Positions 41,629 through 56,600 of a stretch of 64,000 bases of DNA are shown here, piece by piece; within the stretch, counting starts at the first letter, position 1; each line of letters starts with the position of its first letter. Source of the stretch: Eledone cirrhosa (taxonomy: Eukaryota); the NCBI GenBank assembly GCA_964016885.1, contig OZ024741.1:7688001-7752000 (forward strand). The letters run 5' to 3'. Under the pieces are notes generated by a model. The model searched no databases. It was given only the letters and a program-made list of their open reading frames with translations, and was not told the origin of the DNA. Made by a program: the position numbers and the translations under genes.

Positions 41629-44600
41629 TAGAGTAAGGTTCAGTGTATGGCGAAGGGTGTGTCGGAAAGATGGAAGGGAGAGTAAGGTTTACTGTATGGT
41701 GAAGGGTGTGTTGGTAAGATGGAAGGGAGAGTGTAAGGTTTACTGTATGGTGAAGGGTGTGTTGGTAAGATGGAAGGGAGAGTAAGGTTTACTGTATGGT
41801 GAAGGGTGTGTTGGTAAGATGGGAGGGAGAGTAAGGTTTACTGTATGGTGAAGAGTGTGTTGGTAAGATGGAAGGGAGAGTAAGGTTTACTGTATGGTGA
41901 AGGGTGTGTTGGTAAGATGGAAGGGAGAGTAAGGTTTACTGTATGGTGAAGGGTGTGTTGGTAAGATGGAAGGGAGAGTAAGGTTTACTGTATGGTGAAG
42001 GGTGTGTTGGTAAGATGGAAGGGAGAGTAAGGTTTACTGTATGGTGAAGGGTGTGTTGGTAAGATGGAAGGGAGAGTAAGGTTTACTGTGTGGTGAAGGG
42101 TGTGTTGGTAAGATGGAAGGGAGAGTGTAAGGTTTAGTGTATGGTGAAGGGTGTGTTGGTAAGATGGAAGGGAGAGTAAGGTTTACTGTATGGTGAAGGG
42201 TGTGTTGGTAAGATGGGAGGCAGAGTAAGGTTTACTGTATGGTGAAGGGTGTGTTGGTAAGATGGAAGGGAGAGTAAGGTTTACTGTATGGTGAAGGGTG
42301 TGTTGGTAAGATGGAAGGGAGAGTAAGGTTTACTGTATGGTGAAGGGTGTGTTGGTAAGATGGAAGGGAGAGTAAGGTTTACTGTATGGTGAAGGGTGTG
42401 TTGGTAAGATGGAAGGGAGAGTAAGGTTTACTGTATGGTGAAGGGTGTGTTGGTAAGATGGAAGGGAGAGTAAGGTTTACTGTATGGTGAAGGGTGTGTT
42501 GGTAAGATGGAAGGGAGAGTAAGGTTTACTGTGTGGTGAAGGGTGTGTTGGTAAGATGGAAGGGAGAGTGTAAGGTTTACTGTATGGTGAAGGGTGTGTT
42601 GGTAAGATGGAAGGGAGAGTAAGGTTTATTGTATGGTGAAGGGTGTGTTGGTAAGATGGAAGGGAGAGTAAGGTTTACTGTATGGTGAAGGGTGTGTTGG
42701 TAAGATGGAAGGGAGAGAAAGGATTACTGTATGGTGAAGGGTGTGTTGGTTAGAGGGAAGGGAGAGTAAGGTTTACTGTATGGTGAAGGGTGTGTTGGTA
42801 AGATGGAAGGGAGAGTAAGGTTTACTGTATGGTGAAGGGGGTGTTGGTAAGATGGAAGGGAAAGTGTAAGGTTTACTGTGTGGTGAAGGGTGTGTTGGTA
42901 AGATGGAAGGGAGAGTAAGGTTTACTGTATGGTGAAGGGTGTATTGGTAAGATGGAAGGGAGAGTAAGGTTTACTGTATGGTGAAGGGTGTGTTGGTAAG
43001 ATGGAAGGGAAAGTGTAAGGTTTACTGTATGGTGAAGGGTGTGTTGATAAGATGGAAGGGAGAGTAAGTTTTACTGTATGGTGAAGGGTGTGTTGGTAAG
43101 ATGGAAGGGAGAGTAAGGTTTACTGTATGGTGAAGGGTGTGTTGGTAAGATGGAAGTGAGAGTAAGGTTTACTGTATGGTGAAGGGTGTGTTGGTTAGAG
43201 GGAAGGGAGAGTAAGGTTTACTGTATGGTGAAGGGTGTGTTGGTAAGATGGAAGGGAGAGTAAGGTTTACTGTATGGTGAAGGGTGTGTTGGTTAGAGGG
43301 AAGGGAGAGTAAGGTTTACTGTATGGTGAAGGGTGTGTTGGCAAGATGGAAGGGAGAGTAAGGTTTACTGTATGGTGAAGGGTGTGTTGGTAAGATGGAA
43401 GGGAAAGTGTAAGGTTTACTGTGTGGTGAAGGGTGTGTTGGTAAGATGGAAGGGAGAGTAAGGTTTACTGTATGGTGAAGGGTGTATTGGTAAGATGGAA
43501 GGGAGAGTAAGGTTTACTGTATGGTGAAGGGTGTGTTGGTAAGATGGAAGGGAGAGTAAGGTTTACTGTATGGTGAAGGGTGTGTTGGTAAGATGGAAGT
43601 GAGAGTAAGGTTTACTGTATGGTGAAGGGTGTGTTGGTAAGATGGAAGGGAGAGTAAGGTTTACTGTATGGTGAAGGGTGTGTTGGTTAGATGGAAGGGA
43701 GAGTAAGGTTTACTGTATGGTGAAGGGTGTGTTGGTTAGAGGGAAGGGAGAGTAAGGTTTACTGTATGGTGAAGGGTGTGTTGGTAAGATGGAAGGGAGA
43801 GTAAGGTTTATTGTATGGTGAAGGGTGTGTTGGTAAGATGGAAGGGAGAGTAAGGTTTACTGTATGGTGAAGGGTGTGTTGGTAAGATGGAAGGGAGAGA
43901 AAGGATTACTGTATGGTGAAGGGTGTGTTGGTTAGAGGGAAGGGAGAGTAAGGTTTACTGTATGGTGAAGGGTGTGTTGGTAAGATGGAAGGGAGAGTAA
44001 GGTTTACTGTATGGTGAAGGGGGTGTTGGTAAGATGGAAGGGAAAGTGTAAGGTTTACTGTGTGGTGAAGGGTGTGTTGGTAAGATGGAAGGGAGAGTAA
44101 GGTTTACTGTATGGTGAAGGGTGTATTGGTAAGATGGAAGGGAGAGTAAGGTTTACTGTATGGTGAAGGGTGTGTTGGTAAGATGGAAGGGAAAGTGTAA
44201 GGTTTACTGTATGGTGAAGGGTGTGTTGATAAGATGGAAGGGAGAGTAAGTTTTACTGTATGGTGAAGGGTGTGTTGGTAAGATGGAAGGGAGAGTAAGG
44301 TTTACTGTATGGTGAAGGGTGTGTTGGTAAGATGGAAGTGAGAGTAAGGTTTACTGTATGGTGAAGGGTGTGTTGGTTAGAGGGAAGGGAGAGTAAGGTT
44401 TACTGTATGGTGAAGGGTGTGTTGGTAAGATGGAAGGGAGAGTAAGGTTTACTGTATGGTGAAGGGTGTGTTGGTTAGAGGGAAGGGAGAGTAAGGTTTA
44501 CTGTATGGTGAAGGGTGTGTTGGCAAGATGGAAGGGAGAGTAAGGTTTACTGTATGGTGAAGGGTGTGTTGGTAAGATGGAAGGGAAAGTGTAAGGTTTA

Positions 44601-47600
44601 CTGTGTGGTGAAGGGTGTGTTGGTAAGATGGAAGGGAGAGTAAGGTTTACTGTATGGTGAAGGGTGTATTGGTAAGATGGAAGGGAGAGTAAGGTTTACT
44701 GTATGGTGAAGGGTGTGTTGGTAAGATGGAAGGGAGAGTAAGGTTTACTGTATGGTGAAGGGTGTGTTGGTAAGATGGAAGTGAGAGTAAGGTTTACTGT
44801 ATGGTGAAGGGTGTGTTGGTAAGATGGAAGGGAGAGTAAGGTTTACTGTATGGTGAAGGGTGTGTTGGTTAGATGGAAGGGAGAGTAAGGTTTACTGTAT
44901 GGTGAAGGGTGTGTTGGTTAGAGGGAAGGGAGAGTAAGGTTTACTGTATGGTGAAGGGTGTGTTGGTAAGATGGAAGGGAGAGTAAGGTTTACTGTATGG
45001 TGAAGGGTGTGTTGGTTAGAGGGAAGGGAGAGTAAGGTTTACTGTATGGTGAAGGGTGTGTTGGCAAGATGGAAGGGAGAGTAAGGTTTACTGTATGGTG
45101 AAGGGTGTGTTGGTAAGATGGAAGGGAAAGTGTAAGGTTTACTGTGTGGTGAAGGGTGTGTTGGTAAGATGGAAGGGAGAGTAAGGTTTACTGTATGGTG
45201 AAGGGTGTATTGGTAAGATGGAAGGGAGAGTAAGGTTTACTGTATGGTGAAGGGTGTGTTGGTAAGATGGAAGGGAGAGTAAGGTTTACTGTATGGTGAA
45301 GGGTGTGTTGGTAAGATGGAAGTGAGAGTAAGGTTTACTGTATGGTGAAGGGTGTGTTGGTAAGAGGGAAGGGAGAGTAAGGTTTACTGTATGGTGAAGG
45401 GTGTGTTGGTTAGATGGAAGGGAGAGTAAGGTTTAGTGTGTGGTGAAGGGTGTGTTGGTAAGATGGAAGGGAGAGAGTAAGGTTTACTGTATGGTGAAGG
45501 GTGTGTTGGTAAGATGGAAGGGAGAGTAAGGTTTACTGTATGGTGAAGGGTGTGTTGGTAAGATGGAAGGGAGAGAAAGGATTACTGTATGGTGAAGGGT
45601 GTGTTGGTTAGAGGGAAGGGAGAGTAAGGTTTACTGTATGGTGAAGGGTGTGTTGGCAAGATGGAAGGGAGAGTAAGGTTTACTGTATGGTGAAGGGTGT
45701 GTTGGTAAGATGGAAGGGAGAGTAAGGTTTACTGTATGGTGAAGGGTGTGTTGGTAAGATGGAAGGGAGAGTGTAAGGTTTACTGTATGGTGAAGGGTGT
45801 GTTGGTAAGATGGAAGGGAGAGTAAGGTTTACTGTATGGTGAAGGGTGTGTTGGTAAGATGGAAGGGAGAGTAAGGTTTACTGTATGGTGAAGGGTGTGT
45901 TGGTAAGATGGAAGGGAGAGTGTAAGGTTTACTGTATGGTGAAGGGTGTGTTGGTAAGATGGAAGGGAGAGTGTAAGGTTTACTGTGTGGTGAAGGGTGT
46001 GTTGGTAAGATGGAAGGGAGAGTGTAAGGTTTATTGTATGGTGAAGGGTGTGTTGGTAAGATGGAAGGGAGAGTAAGGTTTACTGTATGGTGAAGGGTGT
46101 GTTGGTAAGATGGAAGGGAGAGTAAGGTTTACTGTATGGTGAAGGGTGTGTTGGTAAGATGGAAGGGAGAGTAAGGTTTACTGTATGGTGAAGGGTGTGT
46201 TGGTTAGATGGAAGGGAGAGTAAGGTTTACTGTGTGGTGAAGGGTGTGTTGGTAAGATGTAAGGGAGAGTAAGGTTTACTGTATGGTGAAGGGTGTGTTG
46301 GTAAGATGGAAAGGAGAGTAAGGTTTACTGTATGGTGAAGGGTGTGTTGGTAAGATGGAAGGGAGAGTAAGGTTTACTGTATGGTGAAGGGTGTGTTGGT
46401 AAGATGGGAGGGAGAGTAAGGTTTACTGTATGGTGAAGGGTGTGTTGGTTAGATGGAAGGGGGAGTAAGGTTTACTGTGTGGTAAAGGGTGTGTTGGTAA
46501 GATGGAAGCGAGAGTAAGGTTTACTGTATGGTGAAGGGTCTGTTGGTAAGATGGACGGGAGAGTAAGGTTTACTGTATGGTGAAGGGTGTGTTGGTTAGA
46601 TGGAAGGGAGAGTAAGGTTTACTGTATGGTGAAGGGTGTGTTGGTAAGATGGAAGGGAGAGTAAGGTTTACTGTATGGTGAAGGGTGTGTTGGTAAGATG
46701 GAAGGGAGAGTAAGGTTTACTGTATGGTGAAGGGTGTGTTGGTAAGATGGAAGGGAGAGTAAGGTTTACTGTATGGTGAAGGGTGTGTTGGTAAGATGGA
46801 AGGGAGAGTAAGGTTTACTGTGTGGTGAAGGGTGTGTTGGTAAGATGGAAGGGAGAGTGTAAGGTTTACTGTATGGTGAAGGGTGTGTTGGTAAGATGGA
46901 AGGGAGAGTAAGGTTTATTGTATGGTGAAGGGTGTGTTGGTAAGATGGAAGGGAGAGTAAGGTTTACTGTATGGTGAAGGGTGTGTTGGTAAGATGGAAG
47001 GGAGAGAAAGGATTACTGTATGGTGAAGGGTGTGTTGGTTAGAGGGAAGGGAGAGTAAGGTTTACTGTATGGTGAAGGGTGTGTTGGTAAGATGGAAGGG
47101 AGAGTAAGGTTTACTGTATGGTGAAGGGTGTGTTGGTAAGATGGAAGGGAAAGTGTAAGGTTTACTGTGTAGTGAAGGGTGTGTTGGTAAGATGGAAGGG
47201 ACTGTAAGGTTTACTGTATGGTGAAGGGTGTATTGGTAAGATGGAAGGGAGAGTAAGGTTTACTGTATCGTGAAGGGTGTGTTGGTAAGATGGAAGGGAA
47301 AGTGTAAAATTTACTGTATGGTGAAGGGTGTGTTGATAAGATGGAAGGGAGAGTAAGGTTTACTGTATGGTGAAGGGTGTGTTGGTAAGATGGAAGGGAG
47401 AGTAAGGTTTACTGTATGGTGAAGGGTGTGTTGGTAAGATGGAAGGGAGAGTGTAAGGTTTACTGTATGGTGAAGGGTGTGTTGGTAAGATGGAAGGGAG
47501 AGTAAGGTTTACTGTATGGTGAAGGGTGTGTTGGTAAGATGGAAGGGATAGTGTAAGGTTTACTGTATGGTGAAGGGTGTGTTGGTAAGATGGAAGGGAG

Positions 47601-50600
47601 AGTAAGGTTTACTGTATGGTGAAGGGTGTGTTGGTAAGATGGAAGGGAGAGTAAGGTTTACTGTATGGTGAAGGGTGTGTTGGTAAGATGGAAGGGAGAG
47701 TGTAAGGTTTACTGTATGGTGAAGGGTATGTTGGTAAGATGGAAGGGAGAGTAAGGTTTACTGTATGGTGAAGGGTGTGTTGGTAAGATGGAAGGGAGAG
47801 TAAGGTTTACTGTATGGTGAAGGGTGTGTTGGTAAGATGGAAGGGAGAGTGTAAGGTTTACTGTATGGTGAAGGGTGTGTTGGTAAGATGGAAGGGAGAG
47901 TGTAAGGTTTACTGTATGGTGAAGGGTGTGTTGGTAAGATGGAAGGGAGAGTGTAAGGTTTACTGTATGGTGAAGGGTGTGTTGGTAAGATGGAAGGGAG
48001 AGTGTAAGGTTTATTGTATGGTGAAGGGTGTGTTGGTAAGATGGAAGGGAGAGTAAGGTTTACTGTATGGTGAAGGGTGTGTTGGTAAGATGGAAGGGAG
48101 AGTAAGGTTTACTGTATGGTGAAGGGTGTGTTGGTAAGATGGAAGGGAGAGTAAGGTTTACTGTATGGTGAAGGGTGTGTTGGTTAGATGGAAGGGAGAG
48201 TAAGGTTTACTGTGTGGTGAAGGGTGTGTTGGTAAGATGTAAGGGAGAGTAAGGTTTACTGTATGGTGAAGGGTGTGTTGGTAAGATGGAAAGGAGAGTA
48301 AGGTTTACTGTATGGTGAAGGGTGTGTTGGTAAGATGGAAGGGAGAGTAAGGTTTACTGTATGGTGAAGGGTGTGTTGGTAAGATGGAAGGGAGAGTAAG
48401 GTTTACTGTATGGTGAAGGGTGTGTTGGTAAGATGGGAGGGAGAGTAAGGTTTACTGTATGGTGAAGGGTGTGTTGGTTAGATGGAAGGGGGAGTAAGGT
48501 TTACTGTGTGGTAAAGGGTGTGTTGGTAAGATGGAAGCGAGAGTAAGGTTTACTGTATGGTGAAGGGTCTGTTGGTAAGATGGAAGGGAGAGTGTAAGGT
48601 TTACTGTGTGGTGAAGGGTGTGTTGGTAAGATGGAAGGGAGAGTAAGGTTTACTGTATGGTGAAGGGTGTATTGGCAAGATGGAAGGAAGAGTTTAATGT
48701 TTACTGTATCGTGAAGGGTGTGTTGGTAAGATGTAAGGGAGAGTAAGGTTTACTGTACGGTGAAGGGTGTGTTGGTAAGATGTAAGGGAGAGTGTAAGGT
48801 TTACTGTGTGGTGAAGGGTGTGTTGGTAAGATGGAAGGGAGAGTAAGGTTTACTGTATGGTGAAGGGTGTGTTGGTAAGATGGAAGGGAGAGAGTAACGT
48901 TTACTGTATGGTGAAGGGTGTGTTGGTAAGATAGGAGGGAGAGTAAGGTTTACTGTATGGTGAAGGGTGTGTTGGTAAGATGGAAGGGAGAGTAAGGTTT
49001 ACTGTATGGTGAAGGAATGTGAAGGTAAGATGGAAGGGAGAGTGTAAGGTTTACTGTGTGGTGAAGCGTGTGTTGGTAAGATGGAAGGGAGAGTGTAAGG
49101 TTTACTTTATGGTGAAGGGTGTGTTGGTAAGATGGAAGGGAGAGTAAGGTTTACTGTATGGAGAAGGGTGTGTTGGTAAGATGGAAGGGAGAGTAAGGTT
49201 TACTGTATGGTGAAGGAATGTGTAGGTAAGATGGAAGGGAGAGTGTAAGGTTTACTGTGTGGTGAAGGGTGTGTTGGTAAGATGGAAGGGAGAGTGTAAG
49301 GTTTACTGTATGGTGAAGGGTGTGTTGGTAAAATGGAAGGGAGAGTAAGGTTTACTGTATGGTGAAGGGTGTGTTGGTAAGATGGAAGGGAGAGTAAGGT
49401 TTACTGTATGGTGAAGGGTGTGTTGGTAAGATGGAAGGGAGAGTAAGGTTTACTGGATGGTGAAGGGTGTGTTGGTAAGATGGAAGGGAGAGTAAGGTTT
49501 ACTGTATGGTGAAGGGTGTGTTGGTAAGATGGAAGGGAGAGTAAGGTTTACTGTATGGTGAAGGGTGTGTTGGTAAGATGGGAGGGAGAGTAAGGTTTAC
49601 TGTATGGTGAAGGGTGTGTTGGTAAGATGGGAGGGAGAGTAAGGTTTACTGTATGGTGAAGGGTGTGTTGGTAAGATGGAAGGGAGAGTAAGGTTTACTG
49701 TATGGTGAAGGGTGTGTTGGTAAGATGGAAGGGAGAGTAAGGTTTACTGTGTGGTGAAGGGAGTGTTGGTAAGATGGAAGGGAGAGTGTAAGGTTTACTG
49801 TATGGTGAAGGGTGTGTTGGTAAGATGGAAGGGAAAGTAAGGTTTACTGTATGGTGAAGGGTGTGTTGGTAAGATGGAAGGGAGAGTAAGGTTTACTGTG
49901 TGGTGAAGGGTGTGTTAGTAAGATGGAAGGGAGAGTGTAAGGTTTACTGTATGGTGAAGGGTGTGTTGGTAAGATGGAAGGGAGAGTAAGGTTTACCGTA
50001 TGGTGAAGGGTGTGTTGGTAAGATGGAAGGGAGAGTAAGGTTTACTGTATGGTGAAGGGTGTATTGGTAAGATGGAAGGGAGAGTAAGGTTTACCGTATG
50101 GTGAAGGGTGTGTTGGTAAGATGGAAGGGAGAGTAAGGTTTACTGTATGGTGAAGGGTGTGTTGGTAAGATGGAAGGGAGAGTAAAGTTTACTGTATTGT
50201 GAAGGGTGTGTTGGTAAGATGAAAGAGAGAGTGTAAGGTTTACTGTGTGGTGAAGGGTGTGTAGGTAAGATGGAAGGGAGAGTAAGGTTTACTGTATGGT
50301 GAAGGGTGTGTTGGTAAGATGGAAGGGAGAGTGTAAGGTTTACTGTATGGTGAAGGGTGTGTTGGTAAGATGGAAGGGCGAGTGTAAGGTTTACTGTATG
50401 GTGAAGGGTGTGTTGGTAAGATGGAAGGGAGAGTGTAGGTTTACTGTATGGTGAAGGGTGTGTTGGTAAGATGGAAGGGAGAGTAAGGATTACTGTATGG
50501 TGAAGGGTCTGTTGGTAAGATGGAAGGGAGAGTAAGGTTTACTGTATGGTGAAGGGTGTGTTGGTAAGATGGAAGGGAGAGTAAGGTTTACTGTATGGTG

Positions 50601-53600
50601 AAGGGTCTGTTGGTAAGATGGAAGGGAGAGTAAGGTTTACTGTATGGTGAAGGGTGTGTTGGTAAGATGGAAGGGAGAGAGTAAGGTTTACTGTATGGTG
50701 ATGGGTGTGTTGGTAAGATGGGAGGGAGAGTAAGGTTTACTGTATGCTGAAGGGTCTGTTGGTAAGATGGAAGGGAGAGAGTAAGGTTTACTGTATGGTG
50801 AAGGATGTGTTGGTAAGATGGGAGGGAGAGTAAGGTTTACTGTATGGTGAAGGGTGTGTTGGTAAGATGGAAGGGAGAGTAAGGTTTACTGTATGGTGAA
50901 GGGTGTGTTGGTAAGATGGAAGGGAGAGTAAGGTTTACTGTGTGGTGAAGGGTGTGTTAGTAAGATGGAAGGGAGAGTGTAAGGTTTACTGTATGGTGAA
51001 GGGTGTGTTGGTAAGATGGAAGGGAGAGTAAGGTTTACTGTATGGTGAAGGGTGTGTTGGTAAGATGGAAGGGAGAGTAAGGTTTACTGTGTGGTGAAGG
51101 GTGTGTTGGTAAGATGGAAGGCAGAGTAAGTTTTACCGTATGGTGAAGGGTGTGTTGGTAAGATGGAAGGGAGAGTAAGGTTTACTGCATGGTGAAGGGT
51201 GTGTTGGTAAGATGGAAGGGAGAGTAAGGTTTACTGTATGGTGAAGGGTGTGTTGGTAAGATGGAAGGGAGAGTAAGGTTTACCGTATGGTGAAGGGTGT
51301 GTTGGTAAGATGGATGGGAGAGTAAGGTTTACCGTATGGTGAAGGGTGTGTTGGTAAGATGGAAGGGAGAGTAAGGTTTACTGTATGGTGAAGGGTGTGT
51401 TGGTAAGATGGAAGGGAGAGTAAGGTTTACTGTGTGGTGAAGGGTGTGTTGGTAAGATGGAAGGCAGAGTAAGTTTTACCGTATGGTGAAGGGTGTGTTG
51501 GTAAGATGGAAGGGAGAGTAAGGTTTACTGCATGGTGAAGGGTGTGTTGGTAAGATGGAAGGGAGAGTAAGGTTTACTGTATGGTGAAGGGTGTGTTGGT
51601 AAGATGGAAGGGAGAGTAAGGTTTACTGTATGGTGAAGGGTGTGTTGGTAAGATGGAAGGGAGAGTAAGGTTTACCGTATGGTGAAGGGTGTGTTGGTAA
51701 GATGGATGGGAGAGTAAGGTTTACCGTATGGTGAAGGGTGTGTTGGTAAGATGGAAGGGAGAGTAAGGTTTACTGTATGGTGAAGGGTGTGTTGGTAAGA
51801 TGGAAGGGAGAGTAAGGTTTACCGTATGGTGAAGGGTGTGTTGGTAAGATGGAAGGGAGAGTAAGGTTTACTGTATGGTGAAGGGTGTATTGGTAAGATG
51901 GAAGGGAGAGTAAGGTTTACCGTATGGTGAACGGTGTGTTGGTAAGCTGGAAGGGAGAGTAAGGTTTACTGTATGGTGAAGGGTGTGTTGGTAAGATGGA
52001 AGGGAGAGTAAGGTTTACTGTATGGTGAAGGGTGTGTTGGTAAGATGGAAGGGAGAGTAAGATTTACCGTATGGTGAAGGGTGTGTTGGTAAGATGGAAG
52101 GGAGAGTAAGGTTTACTGTGTGGTGAAGGGTGTGTTGGTAAGATGGAAGGGAGAGTGTAAGGTTTACTGTATGGTGAAGGGTGTGTTGGTAAGATTTGAG
52201 GGAGAGTAAGGTTTACTGTGTGGTGAAGGGTGTATTGGTAAGATGGAAGGGAGAGTAAGGTTTACCGTATGGTGAAGGGTGTGTTGGTAAGATGGAAGGG
52301 AGAGTAAGGTTTACTGTATGGTGAAGGGTGTATTGGTAAGATGGAAGGGAGAGTAAGGTTTACCGTATGGTGAAGGGTGTGTTGGTAAGATGGAAGGGAG
52401 AGTAAGGTTTACTGTATGGTGAAGGGTGTGTTGGTTAGATGGAAGGGAGAGTAAGGTTTACTGTATGGTGAAGGGTGTGTTGGTAAGATGGAAGGGAGAG
52501 TAAGGTTTACTGTATGGTGAAGGGTGTGTTGGTAAGATGGAAGGGAGAGTAAGGTTTACTGTATGGTGAAGGGTGTGTTGGTAAGATGGAAGGGAGAGTA
52601 AGGTTTACTGTATGGTGAAGGGTGTGTTGGTAAGATGGAAGGGAGAGTAAGGTTTACTGTGTGGTGAAGGGTGTGTTGGTAAGATGGAAGGGAGAGTGTA
52701 AGGTTTACTGTATGGTGAAGGGTGTGTTGGTAAGATGGAAGGGAGAGTAAGGTTTATTGTATGGTGAAGGGTGTGTTGGTAAGATGGAAGGGAGAGTAAG
52801 GTGTACTGTATGGTGAAGGGTGTGTTGGTAAGATGGAAGGGAGAGAAAGGATTACTGTATGGTGAAGGGTGTGTTGGTTAGAGGGAAGGGAGAGTAAGGT
52901 TTACTGTATGGTGAAGGGTGTGTTGGTAAGATGGAAGGGAGAGTAAGGTTTACTGTATGGTGAAGGGTGTGTTGGTAAGATGGAAGGGAAAGTGTAAGGT
53001 TTACTGTGTAGTGAAGGGTGTGTTGGTAAGATGGAAGGGACTGTAAGGTTTACTGTATGGTGAAGGGTGTATTGGTAAGATGGAAGGGAGAGTAAGGTTT
53101 ACTGTATCGTGAAGGGTGTGTTGGTAAGATGGAAGGGAAAGTGTAAAATTTACTGTATGGTGAAGGGTGTGTTGATAAGATGGAAGGGAGAGTAAGGTTT
53201 ACTGTATGGTGAAGGGTGTGTTGGTAAGATGGAAGGGAGAGTAAGGTTTACTGTATGGTGAAGGGTGTGTTGGTAAGATGGAAGGGAGAGTGTAAGGTTT
53301 ACTGTATGGTGAAGGGTGTGTTGGTAAGATGGAAGGGAGAGTAAGGTTTACTGTATGGTGAAGGGTGTGTTGGTAAGATGGAAGGGATAGTGTAAGGTTT
53401 ACTGTATGGTGAAGGGTGTGTTGGTAAGATGGAAGGGAGAGTAAGGTTTACTGTATGGTGAAGGGTGTGTTGGTAAGATGGAAGGGAGAGTAAGGTTTAC
53501 TGTATGGTGAAGGGTGTGTTGGTAAGATGGAAGGGAGAGTGTAAGGTTTACTGTATGGTGAAGGGTATGTTGGTAAGATGGAAGGGAGAGTAAGGTTTAC

Positions 53601-56600
53601 TGTATGGTGAAGGGTGTGTTGGTAAGATGGAAGGGAGAGTAAGGTTTACTGTATGGTGAAGGGTGTGTTGGTAAGATGGAAGGGAGAGTGTAAGGTTTAC
53701 TGTATGGTGAAGGGTGTGTTGGTAAGATGGAAGGGAGAGTGTAAGGTTTACTGTATGGTGAAGGGTGTGTTGGTAAGATGGAAGGGAGAGTGTAAGGTTT
53801 ACTGTATGGTGAAGGGTGTGTTGGTAAGATGGAAGGGAGAGTGTAAGGTTTATTGTATGGTGAAGGGTGTGTTGGTAAGATGGAAGGGAGAGTAAGGTTT
53901 ACTGTATGGTGAAGGGTGTGTTGGTAAGATGGAAGGGAGAGTAAGGTTTACTGTATGGTGAAGGGTGTGTTGGTAAGATGGAAGGGAGAGTAAGGTTTAC
54001 TGTATGGTGAAGGGTGTGTTGGTTAGATGGAAGGGAGAGTAAGGTTTACTGTGTGGTGAAGGGTGTGTTGGTAAGATGTAAGGGAGAGTAAGGTTTACTG
54101 TATGGTGAAGGGTGTGTTGGTAAGATGGAAAGGAGAGTAAGGTTTACTGTATGGTGAAGGGTGTGTTGGTAAGATGGAAGGGAGAGTAAGGTTTACTGTA
54201 TGGTGAAGGGTGTGTTGGTAAGATGGAAGGGAGAGTAAGGTTTACTGTATGGTGAAGGGTGTGTTGGTAAGATGGGAGGGAGAGTAAGGTTTACTGTATG
54301 GTGAAGGGTGTGTTGGTTAGATGGAAGGGGGAGTAAGGTTTACTGTGTGGTAAAGGGTGTGTTGGTAAGATGGAAGCGAGAGTAAGGTTTACTGTATGGT
54401 GAAGGGTCTGTTGGTAAGATGGAAGGGAGAGTGTAAGGTTTACTGTGTGGTGAAGGGTGTGTTGGTAAGATGGAAGGGAGAGTAAGGTTTACTGTATGGT
54501 GAAGGGTGTATTGGCAAGATGGAAGGAAGAGTTTAATGTTTACTGTATCGTGAAGGGTGTGTTGGTAAGATGTAAGGGAGAGTAAGGTTTACTGTACGGT
54601 GAAGGGTGTGTTGGTAAGATGTAAGGGAGAGTGTAAGGTTTACTGTGTGGTGAAGGGTGTGTTGGTAAGATGGAAGGGAGAGTAAGGTTTACTGTATGGT
54701 GAAGGGTGTGTTGGTAAGATGGAAGGGAGAGAGTAACGTTTACTGTATGGTGAAGGGTGTGTTGGTAAGATAGGAGGGAGAGTAAGGTTTACTGTATGGT
54801 GAAGGGTGTGTTGGTAAGATGGAAGGGAGAGTAAGGTTTACTGTATGGTGAAGGAATGTGAAGGTAAGATGGAAGGGAGAGTGTAAGGTTTACTGTGTGG
54901 TGAAGCGTGTGTTGGTAAGATGGAAGGGAGAGTGTAAGGTTTACTTTATGGTGAAGGGTGTGTTGGTAAGATGGAAGGGAGAGTAAGGTTTACTGTATGG
55001 AGAAGGGTGTGTTGGTAAGATGGAAGGGAGAGTAAGGTTTACTGTATGGTGAAGGAATGTGTAGGTAAGATGGAAGGGAGAGTGTAAGGTTTACTGTGTG
55101 GTGAAGGGTGTGTTGGTAAGATGGAAGGGAGAGTGTAAGGTTTACTGTATGGTGAAGGGTGTGTTGGTAAAATGGAAGGGAGAGTAAGGTTTACTGTATG
55201 GTGAAGGGTGTGTTGGTAAGATGGAAGGGAGAGTAAGGTTTACTGTATGGTGAAGGGTGTGTTGGTAAGATGGAAGGGAGAGTAAGGTTTACTGGATGGT
55301 GAAGGGTGTGTTGGTAAGATGGAAGGGAGAGTAAGGTTTACTGTATGGTGAAGGGTGTGTTGGTAAGATGGAAGGGAGAGTAAGGTTTACTGTATGGTGA
55401 AGGGTGTGTTGGTAAGATGGGAGGGAGAGTAAGGTTTACTGTATGGTGAAGGGTGTGTTGGTAAGATGGGAGGGAGAGTAAGGTTTACTGTATGGTGAAG
55501 GGTGTGTTGGTAAGATGGAAGGGAGAGTAAGGTTTACTGTATGGTGAAGGGTGTGTTGGTAAGATGGAAGGGAGAGTAAGGTTTACTGTGTGGTGAAGGG
55601 AGTGTTGGTAAGATGGAAGGGAGAGTGTAAGGTTTACTGTATGGTGAAGGGTGTGTTGGTAAGATGGAAGGGAAAGTAAGGTTTACTGTATGGTGAAGGG
55701 TGTGTTGGTAAGATGGAAGGGAGAGTAAGGTTTACTGTGTGGTGAAGGGTGTGTTAGTAAGATGGAAGGGAGAGTGTAAGGTTTACTGTATGGTGAAGGG
55801 TGTGTTGGTAAGATGGAAGGGAGAGTAAGGTTTACCGTATGGTGAAGGGTGTGTTGGTAAGATGGAAGGGAGAGTAAGGTTTACTGTATGGTGAAGGGTG
55901 TATTGGTAAGATGGAAGGGAGAGTAAGGTTTACCGTATGGTGAAGGGTGTGTTGGTAAGATGGAAGGGAGAGTAAGGTTTACTGTATGGTGAAGGGTGTG
56001 TTGGTAAGATGGAAGGGAGAGTAAAGTTTACTGTATTGTGAAGGGTGTGTTGGTAAGATGAAAGAGAGAGTGTAAGGTTTACTGTGTGGTGAAGGGTGTG
56101 TAGGTAAGATGGAAGGGAGAGTAAGGTTTACTGTATGGTGAAGGGTGTGTTGGTAAGATGGAAGGGAGAGTGTAAGGTTTACTGTATGGTGAAGGGTGTG
56201 TTGGTAAGATGGAAGGGCGAGTGTAAGGTTTACTGTATGGTGAAGGGTGTGTTGGTAAGATGGAAGGGAGAGTGTAGGTTTACTGTATGGTGAAGGGTGT
56301 GTTGGTAAGATGGAAGGGAGAGTAAGGATTACTGTATGGTGAAGGGTCTGTTGGTAAGATGGAAGGGAGAGTAAGGTTTACTGTATGGTGAAGGGTGTGT
56401 TGGTAAGATGGAAGGGAGAGTAAGGTTTACTGTATGGTGAAGGGTCTGTTGGTAAGATGGAAGGGAGAGTAAGGTTTACTGTATGGTGAAGGGTGTGTTG
56501 GTAAGATGGAAGGGAGAGAGTAAGGTTTACTGTATGGTGATGGGTGTGTTGGTAAGATGGGAGGGAGAGTAAGGTTTACTGTATGCTGAAGGGTCTGTTG